Part shown: one piece after another, positions 49,527 through 59,959 of the stretch
Layout: the number at the start of each line of letters is the position of its first letter
Numbering within the stretch: the first letter of the stretch is position 1
Origin: Candidatus Bathyarchaeota archaeon
GTDB lineage: Archaea > Thermoproteota > Bathyarchaeia > Bathyarchaeales > Bathycorpusculaceae
Assembly: GCA_963832745.1 (NCBI GenBank)
Contig: CAWHVC010000001.1
Coordinates: 288,001-352,000, forward strand
Direction of reading: 5' to 3'
Length of the DNA: 64,000 bases
Made by a program: the position numbers and the translations under genes
Notes under the pieces: generated by a model
What the model was told of the DNA's origin: nothing
The model's database searches: none
Seen by the model: only the letters and a program-made list of their open reading frames with translations

Positions 49527-50246
49527 ATGTCCGCATTTGCAAGGCCAGGAGCATATGACTATAACGCAACAGTCTTTTCGCCAGATGGGCGTCTATATCA
49601 GGTTGAATACGCAATGGAGCTTGTCAACCGTGGAGCCACCATTTTAGGCATAAAATGTCCAGATGGCGTAGTATTAGCTTCAGAAGAAAACGCTGAAGCC
49701 CTTGAAAAGACAGACCATTCATTAAAAATCTTCTCGATAGATGACCACATTGGAGCTGCCATCGTAGGCTTAGGCAGTGACGCAAGAGTCTTAATTCAAA
49801 AAGCCCGTGAGGACGCCCAAAGCAACAAGTTAACCTATGATGAACCAGCCGACGTGGAAGTAATAACAAAAAGCGGCAGCGACCTACAACAAGTATACAC
49901 TCAACACGGTGGCGGTCGCCCATTCGGAACCGCTTTAATAATTGGCGGCGTTGACAGGACTGGACCACGTGTTTTCTGCACACATCCAAGCGGCACATAC
50001 AAAGCTTACAAAGCGGTGTCACTTGGCGCTGGAAGGGAAACTGTACAGGCACAGCTACCAGAGAATTATAAAGAAAACATGAGTCTTGACGAAACATTGA
50101 AACTTGCGGTTAAATGCCTCAAAAACTCTATGCAGGCAAGGCAAATGCCGGTTAAACTGACATTGGCAGTTATTTCAGCGGCTACAAAGAAAATGAAGCT
50201 GTTAACGGAAGCTGAAACTGAAAGCCTCATCAAAGAGGCACAATAA
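49527..50246 (+). CDS. psmA: Proteasome subunit alpha
   Basis: YD...TVFSPDGRLYQVEYA, KIF.IDDHIG, DAR.L, RPFG, PSG. Confidence 0.92.
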   Translation: MSAFARPGAYDYNATVFSPDGRLYQVEYAMELVNRGATILGIKCPDGVVLASEENAEALEKTDHSLKIFSIDDHIGAAIVGLGSDARVLIQKAREDAQSNKLTYDEPADVEVITKSGSDLQQVYTQHGGGRPFGTALIIGGVDRTGPRVFCTHPSGTYKAYKAVSLGAGRETVQAQLPENYKENMSLDETLKLAVKCLKNSMQARQMPVKLTLAVISAATKKMKLLTEAETESLIKEAQ

Positions 50247-50303
50247 ACCCTTTTTCAAACTTAAACTAGTTTTTTTGCCTATGCAACATTTATAAATTTT
50301 TTA

Positions 50304-51475
50304 TCAACGTTTTTTTAAAAGAAAAATTACCAAACAAGCAACCACCACAACAATCAAAGCAAGAATTATCCAAATATAGGGTTCAATATTCCAAGAACCA
50401 TTAGCAACTTGGGAACCTGGAGTTGGCGTCGACAAAGTACCGTAACCAAGCGGTGTATATTGTTCATTAACGTTTAAAGCAGTTGAAGTTGAAGATGGAT
50501 CAAAACCGCCTATCGCATACAAAGTATCGTTCACGACTGCTACCCCAAAATCTTCTCGGATGTAGGCATAGCTGTACCATTTGCCCAAGCGTCAGTTTTA
50601 AGATCGTAAACTTGATTGAGAGACAACCTATAAGCTACCTCAGCTTTCAACCCTATAACATATAGCCGTTGAGGCGCATTAGCACCAGCAGTAACTCCAA
50701 CACCAGTTCCTTCCAAACCGATCGGACCATCACTGCCATAAGTAACACTGTTAGTTTCAGGGTCAAAAATCATTAATTGCTGTAATGAGTGAGAAGGAAT
50801 AGCTCCCATGTCATGCGAGCCAGTAGCAATTATTTTGCCATCAACAACCACTGAGTATCTTGGCGTTGGCATATACCCATTGTTTGACCATAAATTACTG
50901 GCGATATCATAAACGTAAATGGAACCTGCGCCCATAACGTAAATTTTGCCGTCTATTGCTTGGGCAGAAATCTGCATAGCCTCAACAGGCAAAGATGCTT
51001 TGGTTTCCCAAGTATCAGCAGCCGTATCATAAACCTCCAAGACATTAACCATCGTATAACCCTTAAAACCAGATGGATAACCAACATCATACACACCAGT
51101 TGCCCCACCTATGCAGTAGATTTTGCCCTGATAAGCAGCAACTGCAAAATAAGCCCTTGCAGTCGGCATAGAAGCCTTATAAACCCAAGAATCACTAACA
51201 GGGTCATACTGCTCATTAACCCCCAACACATCAGTAAGAGAATGATAACTTGAGCCAGTACCGCCAATAGCATAAATTTTGTTATCCACAGCCACAACAC
51301 CCAAACCAGAACGCGCCACATGCATCGACGCCTTAACAGCCCAAGAATCCTCAACAACCCCAAAAGCAAACACTGGCTTAAGAAAAACAGCAAACAAAGA
51401 CACAAACAACAACAAAACCAACAACACAACAATAGACTTGTTTGATGCCAGCAGCTTTTTGCTTGTTGCTTTCAC
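50304..51475 (-). pseudogene. Cell-surface Kelch-repeat protein with C-terminal TM, 1-nt frameshift near 50558
   Basis: Kelch repeats (M.TAR...V.....IY.IGG); MPTS|REDFGVAVVNDTLYAIGG is restored by adding one C in TCC(C)GA. Confidence 0.8.
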
Positions 51476-51653
51476 TTGTTACATCTTCCTCTTTTGCCTA
51501 TAAACCCAAAGAACCTAATAAGTTTTAGCACAAAAAGGACAACCACAGGTTGCAAACCAAAAAGAGCAAAAAACACACAAAAAACCAAGCCCCTGCCTTA
51601 GTTAACCAAGCCTATTTGGAACATATAGGGGGTAGGCAGGGTGAAACCAGCGT

Positions 51654-51745
51654 CTATTTGTGGCCTATTAGAGACTATATGCAAATCCCTAAGAGGGGTA
51701 GGTCCGTATTGGTTGAAAATTCTCTCATTAGTATGTTGAAATTCA
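51654..51745 (+). repeat. Dispersed intergenic repeat, copy B (preceded by a partial copy at 51611-51636)
   Basis: CTATTTG..CCTATTAGA..TATGCA..CTAAGAGGGGTAGG..GGTTGAAAA..CTCATTAGTATGTTGAA matches copy A. Confidence 0.75.
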
Positions 51746-52080
51746 GTGCTAATTTGCTTATGGGTTTAATGTGTTTATTTTAAGGGTGTTTTAACGCCAA
51801 AATTGTTTAAAGGACACGTTTTGCTGCTGTTTTAGCTGTTGGAGCGTGAGAAATGCCTTAACCCCAAACAAATGGGCCATGCCAGTGCCCGAATGCATAG
51901 CGCTATTCAACGCTTTTCGCTTCTGTTCCACTAACCTTTTTTGAATTAAATTACCATTTTACAACTTTTATTGACGCTTGCCGACTTTATTTGACGCGCT
52001 CAGCAACCCTTAAGGCGCTAATTAAAAAAAACAACCCAAAACAAACACATCAATAAACAAGACAGAAGAAAAAAATCGGG

Positions 52081-52599
52081 TTAAACGATGTATCTGTCAC
52101 AGCCTTCAAAGTCTTTAACGATTTGCATGTTACCTTTAGGCGCAGCTGGCCCAACAAGAGTTCCTAACGGCAAATCTTTAAGCAGAACCCACGGCGATTT
52201 GCGTGCCAATACGGTTGCTTGATGCTCCTCACCGAAGCTTTTCTTGGCAACCTCAATAACTTGTTGCCGCACAGCCACTTCTGACATTTCACCAAGAGCA
52301 TGCAGATATTCATGCAACAAGAGGTTGTAGACGAGCGCATTAATAGTGGGTTTTGAAGGAATTTTTGTTTCAACAACATCAACGAGTGCCCGGTTTAAGA
52401 CAATGTTGTTTGTGCCGACTGGGTAATAAGCACCTAGCTGCAAGGGCAAATCATCCAAGAAAAGCATCATGTTACCACGACGTTTACGCATGGAATATTC
52501 TACTGTGCTTTTGACTATTTTCCATACTTCAGCGTAGGTTTTGGCGTTGTCTAATTCTTGCCGGAAATCTTCAGAAGCAGAGGGTTGATTTACATTCAA
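52081..52599 (-). CDS. Hypothetical HEXXH metallopeptidase-like protein
   Basis: LGAY......I.LN and LLHEYLHALG...E..V. Confidence 0.7.
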   Translation of the reverse strand: MNVNQPSASEDFRQELDNAKTYAEVWKIVKSTVEYSMRKRRGNMMLFLDDLPLQLGAYYPVGTNNIVLNRALVDVVETKIPSKPTINALVYNLLLHEYLHALGEMSEVAVRQQVIEVAKKSFGEEHQATVLARKSPWVLLKDLPLGTLVGPAAPKGNMQIVKDFEGCDRYIV

Positions 52600-52727
52600 G
52601 AATAAGCACCTTAATTACAAATTATCGTAATTAGATGCCTTTAAACTTAACCAGTAAAAAACCAAAAAACAATACGTTGATAAACAACTTTTCCCTCAAA
52701 TACAGTTAGACTTTTTGGTGAATTTTT

Positions 52728-53165
52728 ATGGCAAGCAACATTCTTGTACGCGATGTTATGACAAAAAACCCGCGGGTAGTCCGTGAAGACACAAGCATCC
52801 GTGAGGTAATAGCAACTTTTAGCAAGTATGATATCAACTCAATTATTGTTGTTCAAAACGATAAACCCGAAAAACCAGTCGGTATACTTACCACCAGAGA
52901 CGCCTTAGTCCGCGGTTTCGAATATGGATTACCCGTTGGGTCAATAACCGCTCAAATGTTAGCAACAAGCCCCGTTGTCACAGTTAACGAGCAAGCAACC
53001 GTGGAAGAAGCCGCAGATATGATGAGCCGCAATAAAATAAAACATTTACCTGTAACCAGCAACAACAAGTTGATAGGCATAATTACAGACACAGACGTCA
53101 TGTTTGCTGTCCCCTCAATGCTATCAATGATGGAAGAAGTTTGCCACCAAACAATACCCGCTTAA
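52728..53165 (+). CDS. CBS domain pair protein
   Basis: V.DVMT, VGI.T.RD, IKHLPV....LIGI.T..D. Confidence 0.88.
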   Translation: MASNILVRDVMTKNPRVVREDTSIREVIATFSKYDINSIIVVQNDKPEKPVGILTTRDALVRGFEYGLPVGSITAQMLATSPVVTVNEQATVEEAADMMSRNKIKHLPVTSNNKLIGIITDTDVMFAVPSMLSMMEEVCHQTIPA

Positions 53166-54133
53166 ACTAAAACAGGTTGTTTATGAGCTAACAAGTCTTT
53201 AACCGTAACCAGCTTAACGTCAACACGGTAGTTAATTCTGCCCCTAACCACCGCTGCAGACGCTTCACCGCTAAAACTAAAAGCCACAAAAACACCCTGC
53301 TTCGCTTTAACCTGCATAAGTGAATTCAAAAACACGTCAATCTGCACTTTACCAACATCATCCGCTTGGCTTGCAACCACTGCAGAACCATCACCTGCAA
53401 AACCGTCAATTCCCTTTCGTGCATCCAAAACGGGCGCTTCAGTACCCCGTAAACATCCAAGAACCCAACGCTTAAACTCTGACGACGTAAACAACCGCAG
53501 TTTTTCTTCAGTTAACCGCCTTTTCCTCACCACAAAAACGCCTGCAACTGAAGCAGCAGCAACTACAGCAACACCAGCCACTGGAAGGATTATGTTTGCA
53601 AAGTCAAAACTGCCAACTGCTGCTTCTGAAATGTAGCCTGTTCCGTCACAATCGGGACAAACAATAAGGGAGCCTACGCCTGAACCGTTGCATACTGGGC
53701 AAGGGATTGGTTCAGCGGTTAAGTCAAGTTGGTGAGTGAAGTAGTTTTCGTCTTTTAAATTATTAAAAGTAAGAAGTATCAGGGTGTCGCTGTTGGCTTT
53801 TAAAAGTGTACGGTTGCTTGTTTCTGTTAGAACATTTTTTTGCGTATTAATGGAAGCGGTAGCAGTGGCATAAACGTCGACGGCTTCGTTATTATGATAA
53901 CTTCGGGAAACGTTAGTTTGTGTTGGGCTTGCACCGACCTGAAGGAGCCCATAGGTTATATTCGCCTGTACTTCTCCAGACCCACCGCATCTAATGCAAT
54001 ATTGGCTAGTGATTTGTCCTGTTCCATGGCACCTGGGACATTCAACAGACGCCGCAACAACCCATGCAAAAACGGATAAAACAACCAGTACAGTTACAGC
54101 TAAAAAAACTATTTTGTGGCTAAACATTTGCAT
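53162..54133 (-). CDS. Membrane protein with extracellular DnaJ-type zinc fingers and a cytoplasmic Mrr-like nuclease-fold domain
   Basis: Signal peptide; four CxxCxGxG repeats; TM plus RKRR; C-terminal F...V......GIDG...G.FVAFSF..A pattern. Confidence 0.65.
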   Translation of the reverse strand: MQMFSHKIVFLAVTVLVVLSVFAWVVAASVECPRCHGTGQITSQYCIRCGGSGEVQANITYGLLQVGASPTQTNVSRSYHNNEAVDVYATATASINTQKNVLTETSNRTLLKANSDTLILLTFNNLKDENYFTHQLDLTAEPIPCPVCNGSGVGSLIVCPDCDGTGYISEAAVGSFDFANIILPVAGVAVVAAASVAGVFVVRKRRLTEEKLRLFTSSEFKRWVLGCLRGTEAPVLDARKGIDGFAGDGSAVVASQADDVGKVQIDVFLNSLMQVKAKQGVFVAFSFSGEASAAVVRGRINYRVDVKLVTVKDLLAHKQPVLV

Positions 54134-54258
54134 TTCAACACCAAACAGGCCATCTCAGCCTATTGACTTAATTGAAACAGTTTACATTTAAAACTTATCA
54201 AAAACCAAAAGCCACAGCTAACCATTAAAGCCTTGAAAAAAAGAAAACCAACAACCAA

Positions 54259-54441
54259 CTAAGCTTCTACAGGAGATTCACGTTTTTTGCCTGCTTCAAT
54301 AAGCTCTCGAACACGGCTTCCACCCTGCTTACCAATTTTTTTATAAAAATCTTTACCATGAGTCCTAGAAGTCTTCAGTCCACCACGACGCCCAGCATCA
54401 GAAACAGACATTTTTCCTTTAGCTTTTTCCTCTTTCGGCAT
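54259..54441 (-). CDS. KGG-motif general stress protein (GsiB/Em-like)
   Basis: MSV.DAGRRGG..T...HG..FY..IG.QGG; GGAGGTG SD. Confidence 0.85.
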   Translation of the reverse strand: MPKEEKAKGKMSVSDAGRRGGLKTSRTHGKDFYKKIGKQGGSRVRELIEAGKKRESPVEA

Positions 54442-54635
54442 CTAAAAATCCACCTCCCTTACGGTTGGGAAAAGCAGCATTTGGTGTAAGCCAAATAACG
54501 CTCTTAAACTTATGTGGTTGATGTATACCAGTAACAGCCCTTAAAACTTGAACGGTTAAGCTTATAGAGCCCCAAAAAAACCGTCAACATAAAAACCTTA
54601 TACAATCATAAACCTAAATTTTAAAGGGGCAATTA

Positions 54636-55843
54636 TTGGAGAATCAAAAACCCAACGCCCAAGCTTTTTCTGCAAACCGGTCTGCCTTAGCAGTGCTTTT
54701 TCTGGTTGTCTTTCTTGACAATTTAGGTTTCGCCATAGTTGTGCCTTACCTTTACTTTTTTGTGGTCGCTTTAGGCGGCTCACCACTCCTTTATGGAGTT
54801 CTCCTCGCGTCCTACAGTCTAATGTCCCTAATTTTTACCCCATTCATAGCAAGCCTCAGTGACAGGTTTGGAAGAAGAAAAATCCTGCTATCAGCCCTTG
54901 TAGTATCCACAGTAGCCTACTTCATTTTTGGGTCAGCTCAATCCATCTGGCTATTGTTTGTTGGCAGGATGCTTTCAGGAACTACGGGAGCCACAGTGCC
55001 TGTTGCACAAGCTTACGTTGCAGACGTAACTTTGCCTAAACAAAGACTGCGTTACCTTGGACTTTTAGGCGCTGCCGCTGGGGTAGCCTTCATTTTAGGA
55101 CCAGCAATCGGCGGAACACTAAGCAGCCTCTTCAACTACGCTGTACCATCCTACTTGGCTTCAGCACTTGCGTTTTTAAACCTGATTGCAGCATTTTTCT
55201 TGCTCCCTGAACCCCCCAGCTTCACAATAAAAGAGCAGTGTTCTCATTTTCGGCACTCCTAAAAGTTATCAAAAAACGCCCCATCATGCTACTGCTGGCA
55301 ACCTATTTCTTGTTTTTTACGGCCTTCATTTTTTTGCAGTCAACACTTTCGCCTTGGCTGCAGACAGTTTTCGGTTACGGCGCCTTTCAAACTGGTTTAG
55401 TCTTCTTCTTCATTGGTGGAATCAGTTCCATATCACAAGCAGTATTGTTACCTTCTTTAAACAAAAAATTCAGCCAACACAACCTATTCCTTTTCAGCAT
55501 TTCTCTATTTGCTTTATCACTAACATTTTTGGCGTTTATTTCTAGTTTACCCACTTTTTTGGTTGCTATCAGCCTTGTTTCTTTTGCCTTCGGGAACCAG
55601 TTCGTCATAATTAACACTTTAATCTCCACCAGTACACCTAAGGAGGCTCAAGGCAGTGCTTTGGGAATTGCATGGACAGTCGCAGGTCTTGCACAAACAA
55701 TTACGCCGATTTTTGCCACAACCACATTTACCTTTGGCGTTTCGGCAGGGTTTGTTGGGTTAGTATTTGTTTTTCCAGCAGTGATTGCTATTTTAACGGT
55801 GCCTTTGGTTTTAAGTTTCCAAAAAACATCAAGTAACAGTTGA
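54636..55843 (+). pseudogene. MFS transporter (TetA/DHA1-like) split by a frameshift near 55225-55240
   Basis: SDRFGRR motif A and G...GPAIGG motif C in the first half; six further TM segments in the second frame. Confidence 0.8.
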
Positions 55844-55883
55844 TAAAGAAAATTCAGGCTTAGCAAAAACTGCTACAGCTTTT

Positions 55884-55946
55884 TTCAACATATTAATGGT
55901 TTGAAATTCAACCATTAGCACCTACCCCTCTTAGTGTTTCGGCATT
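55884..55946 (-). repeat. Dispersed intergenic repeat, copy C (partial, inverted)
   Basis: Reverse complement ATGCCGAAACACTAAGAGGGGTAGG..TGGTTGAA..CCATTAATATGTTGAA matches copies A and B. Confidence 0.7.
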
Positions 55947-56277
55947 TATCAACATCAAAAATCATGAAACAGATGATCTTTCAAAAAGACTGTCAATAAA
56001 ATCCAGCGGTTCAAACTCAGCCAATCTACAAGTCTTAACTGGGTCTTAAAGCATCATTAAAGGGTGTTGTCAAGGCTTACACTTTCTAAATTATCCCGAG
56101 TAAGATCTTTGGAAATGATTGATTTTGAGGCAACTGAAATTCTTTAAAAATTCATGGTTAAGCAAAGGCTAACGTGTAAGAGGATTTTGGGCAAGAAAAG
56201 TAGCTTGATTTAGGGTTTCCCTGAATTAAAAAACTAAAAAAATAACATTCATTAATCATTGTTACTAGAATGTAATT

Positions 56278-56547
56278 GTGAGTTTTTTGGAATTCATTAA
56301 AGGCGTTATTGATTCTGATGCAAGATTTGGTATAGCAGTGATTCGACCAAATAGTGCAAACAAAAAATGTCGCATACGCCGAATGAGAATCGAATACTTC
56401 CTTACTAACTACGCTATTTTTCTTGTTACTCCACAGCCCTGCATGAAATGCAATAAAATCGAAACCTGCGAAGACGATTTCATTCTTCAAATAATAGAAA
56501 AATTCAATGAAAACAACAAAAACAATGAACAGTACTTTCTCTTCTAA
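56278..56547 (+). CDS. Hypothetical protein
   Basis: 89-aa ORF with CxxC...C in AT-rich DNA; no recognisable family. Confidence 0.3.
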   Translation: MSFLEFIKGVIDSDARFGIAVIRPNSANKKCRIRRMRIEYFLTNYAIFLVTPQPCMKCNKIETCEDDFILQIIEKFNENNKNNEQYFLF

Positions 56548-56629
56548 AACCTTTTTTTCGAACAGGGTCTAGTTTTAAGCAAAAACTTTTAGGCACCAAC
56601 AGACTTTACTCTAAAAATAGGCGAACGAG

Positions 56630-58561
56630 TTGTCGAAAAACCTGTCATGCATGTTCTTAATCGTCATTCTTTTAGGCGGATTAACAGTATTCACTACAGC
56701 CTTAAATGTTAACGCACAAAACAGCGAAGCTTATGGCCCAATGTCCTTTGGCGCCACAAACTATGGCGGAGAAAAAGACGATTATGCATACAGCATCCAA
56801 CAAACAAGCGACATAGGCTTAATTATGTCTGGACAAACACGGTCTTCAGGCGCAGGCGGTTCAGACTTGTGGCTCGTTAAAACAGGCATAACCCCATACT
56901 ACTTGGATGGCGTTCAAAAAGGAGTTTTTCAGGGCGAAAAATGGGAGGTAACATTTGGCGGACCTGCAGACGACGTCGCATATTGCGGTATTCAAACTGC
57001 TGAGGGCGGTTTTGCAGCTGTGGGATTTACGGCATCTTTTGGCGCTGGCGGATTAGACGTGTACATGGTTAAAACAGACGCATCAGGCAAGTTGCAGTGG
57101 AATAAAACTTTCGGAGGAACACAAGACGACTGTGCCTATTGCATAATTCAAACAGATGACGGCGGATTTCTACTTTCAGGCTACACTAATTCGGGTGGTC
57201 ACAAAAGTGCTTGGATAATTAAAACTGACATGTACGGCAATAAAATGTGGGATAAAATTCTTCAAGGAACATCAGTGAACTCAGCCATAAGCACCCAAGA
57301 TGGATATGCTTTAGCTGTTGAAAACCAAAATTCGTTTAGATTAATCAAGGTTGACTTGATGGGTGATACTGTTTTTGATAAAGTTTACTTAGTGGATAAT
57401 AAAGCTTCGACGCAAGGCATAGTTCAAGCAAATGATGGCGGCTACGCGCTTGCAGGTTGGGTAAATAGCGGTAAGGCAGGCATAGATGACGGGTTACTAG
57501 TTAAAACTGACGTTAATGGTGAAAAGCAGTGGAGCCAAACATACCACGGTTTAGGTTGCTACGCTATGGTTAAGGCATCAAATGGCGGTTACGCTTTAAC
57601 CGGTGACAGAGCATTCTTGTTAATTACTGACGCCAATGGAAACGTGCAATGGAACCAAAAATATGACTGCCAAAGCGATGATGACGTCCGCTGCTTTACC
57701 CGTATGCAATCAATCATTGAAGCAACCCCAGACCATTTTGTTATGGCAGGTGGCTATAACGCTGGTTCTAACGGTAACATGCAACTTCAATGGATTCAGG
57801 TTACTCTTAAATCTGGCCAAAAACTGGTTCCCCCTGAAACTGTGATTATTCAGCCAGAAAACAAGACATATACGGTAAGGGAGGTGCCGCTTACTTTTTA
57901 CGTTAATGAACCAACACGTTTCTTAGGTGCTTGCTTAAACGGATTCAACTTCACTATCGAAGGCAACACGACCCTCAAAAACTTGTCAAACGGGCATTAC
58001 AACATAGCAGTTTTAGTCACAGACACGGACCTTAACCATGCTGTTTCCCAAACGGTTAGCTTCACCGTTGACAGCAGTGAACCCTACGTGGAACCGAAAG
58101 TAAGTATACAATCGCCTACAAATCAAACTTATAATAACACGTCTCCAATCATTTTGGACTTTACTGTTGACCAACAAGCATACTGGGCGGTCTACAGCAT
58201 AGACGGACAAGATAACAAGACAGCTTATCCACACATGGGACTTTCACTTAACGGTGGTGTCCACACGCTAACGGTTTATGCGGGCGGTATTGCAGGCGGA
58301 CCAGCAGGATACGACACTGTAACATTAAACGTGACAGGTTACTCATGGGACTACGGTTTTAGTTATCCAACTTCAAGTAACCAATATAGTGCAGCAGTAA
58401 ACCAAATAATTCAAGCCACGGTGCAAGCGGCAACATCCGAAGAGTTTCTGATAATTGCCACAGCATTTTTAGCGTTTACAGTCGGAGTAGTAATAGTTTT
58501 ATTGGTCGTGTTAACCAAAAAAGGGTCAAAACAAAACAAGAATAACAGATTGATTCGTTAA
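56630..58561 (+). CDS. Cell-surface protein with W.KTFGG beta-propeller repeats, Ig-like domains and C-terminal TM
   Basis: Repeated QT.DGG....G and VKTD..G...W motifs; two P.I.I.SP.N.TY domains; TM plus basic tail. Confidence 0.82.
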   Translation: MSKNLSCMFLIVILLGGLTVFTTALNVNAQNSEAYGPMSFGATNYGGEKDDYAYSIQQTSDIGLIMSGQTRSSGAGGSDLWLVKTGITPYYLDGVQKGVFQGEKWEVTFGGPADDVAYCGIQTAEGGFAAVGFTASFGAGGLDVYMVKTDASGKLQWNKTFGGTQDDCAYCIIQTDDGGFLLSGYTNSGGHKSAWIIKTDMYGNKMWDKILQGTSVNSAISTQDGYALAVENQNSFRLIKVDLMGDTVFDKVYLVDNKASTQGIVQANDGGYALAGWVNSGKAGIDDGLLVKTDVNGEKQWSQTYHGLGCYAMVKASNGGYALTGDRAFLLITDANGNVQWNQKYDCQSDDDVRCFTRMQSIIEATPDHFVMAGGYNAGSNGNMQLQWIQVTLKSGQKLVPPETVIIQPENKTYTVREVPLTFYVNEPTRFLGACLNGFNFTIEGNTTLKNLSNGHYNIAVLVTDTDLNHAVSQTVSFTVDSSEPYVEPKVSIQSPTNQTYNNTSPIILDFTVDQQAYWAVYSIDGQDNKTAYPHMGLSLNGGVHTLTVYAGGIAGGPAGYDTVTLNVTGYSWDYGFSYPTSSNQYSAAVNQIIQATVQAATSEEFLIIATAFLAFTVGVVIVLLVVLTKKGSKQNKNNRLIR

Positions 58562-58618
58562 TCAAACAATTTTTGTGCCCCAATTTTTGGGTCAATCAAG
58601 CTTTTTGTATTTTACGGT

Positions 58619-59269
58619 TTAAATGTTTTGAAGGTATTTTATTAGCTTTTCAAATTCACCTGTTTTTTTCATTTGTCCATTTTGAAGCATTTCTTCTATA
58701 TTTGACTTTATGTAGAGACCTCCTGGAGGATACAGTTGACGGGCAACTAAAGTGAAAACTTTACAGTTCGCTTTTCCAATAGCCTCTTCTTTAAAGCGCC
58801 ATTTGTAAGGACCCTTCGGCGGAAGCAAAGTTTCAGAAAGAACAAGAACAACAAAATTTTTGACGTTTGTAAGTGCTTCAACCTCATTAAATTTTAACCG
58901 CAGAGACTTGTTAAGGTCTTCCCGTTTGTCATTTTCCAGAAGCCGCCCGGGAACCGCGTTATTTTTGACATCTACCACTACTTTTACATTGTCAGATGGG
59001 TAGACATTTTGATTAGGATCTACACCATTTTTTAGAAGGAGCAAGTCAGTTTTTATTTTTGAGCCTTCAATTGTTACGTCAGGGTTTAGTGTAAGGTTTA
59101 GTTTTCTTTTTAGGAGATGGTTGCGCAGTATAATTACAGTTGCAGGTCCAGATTTCTCTCGAGCGGTTTTGTCAGTTTTTTGTTTTTCAAATTCTTCACT
59201 GACCTCAAGTAGCATCTGATATTCTTCGTCATTGTTTGTTAGTAATGGTTTGGTTGAGTAATTGGTCAT
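58619..59269 (-). CDS. Hypothetical protein, possible PD-(D/E)xK nuclease fold
   Basis: TDLLLLK...VVVDVKN pattern; AT-rich; beside the tRNA 3' end. Confidence 0.5.
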   Translation of the reverse strand: MTNYSTKPLLTNNDEEYQMLLEVSEEFEKQKTDKTAREKSGPATVIILRNHLLKRKLNLTLNPDVTIEGSKIKTDLLLLKNGVDPNQNVYPSDNVKVVVDVKNNAVPGRLLENDKREDLNKSLRLKFNEVEALTNVKNFVVLVLSETLLPPKGPYKWRFKEEAIGKANCKVFTLVARQLYPPGGLYIKSNIEEMLQNGQMKKTGEFEKLIKYLQNI

Positions 59270-59446
59270 TTTTGTTGTCCTTCGAGTTTTTTAAAATATG
59301 AATATGTTTTAAAAGATTTTTCAGTATTTTTCTGCTTTTAAAAATTAAAAAATAAGAATAATATTTGACAATGGGATGTTGGTTCGTACTGCTCGTTGTT
59401 TTAATAGTTGTTCAGGTTTTTTGTAGTCGCCTCTAAAAGTTGAAAA

Positions 59447-59533
59447 TGGCGCGGGATGTGGGAATTGAACCCACGCGGCCTTTCGACCACAGACTTAGCA
59501 GGCCTGCCCCATACCAGGCTTGGGGAATCCCGC
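59447..59533 (-). tRNA. tRNA-Ser(GCT), CCA encoded
   Basis: GCGGGAT/ATCCCGC acceptor; anticodon arm CAGGC-CTGCTAA-GTCTG; variable arm GGTC-GAAA-GGCC; GGTTCAATTCC; GCCA end. Confidence 0.92.
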
Positions 59534-59740
59534 ACGCGCTAAACTGCCTGCATAACTGGTTTTAGCCAAACATATTACTGTAGCCAAATTAAACCTTTCT
59601 GACAAACAAAGCATGTAAGCTTCACTAAAACGATAACGTTCTAACCATTTTAAGTTTATCCAGACAAAAAATGCAAATGTCTTTGTTCTAAAAAAGTAAG
59701 CATTTAAAAAAAACACGCTCACATAATATTTGATGTTTGG

Positions 59741-59959
59741 ATGAGTCTTAGCGGCGCTTACAAAGACTTTATGCTTTTAGGCTTAATGGTAGGTATACCT
59801 ATTTTGGCTGTAATAGTATTTTACCAATACTTAACAACCAACCAAACAGAATACTTCTACATGGGCATAGCAATTATTTTTTTCATGGTTTTAGGCGTTA
59901 CAGCAAGATACTTTTTCCTATTTGATTACGTCAAAACATTGTTTGACAAATGGCGTTAA
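59741..59959 (+). CDS. Small two-TM membrane protein
   Basis: 72-aa ORF with two hydrophobic helices. Confidence 0.55.
   Translation: MSLSGAYKDFMLLGLMVGIPILAVIVFYQYLTTNQTEYFYMGIAIIFFMVLGVTARYFFLFDYVKTLFDKWR

Noticed and set aside
51550-51783. 77-aa ORF
   Set aside because: It runs through the non-coding repeat copy B, and the frame is not evidently preserved in the other copies.
59495-59722. 75-aa ORF
   Set aside because: It overlaps tRNA-Ser(GCT) and its promoter and has no protein features.
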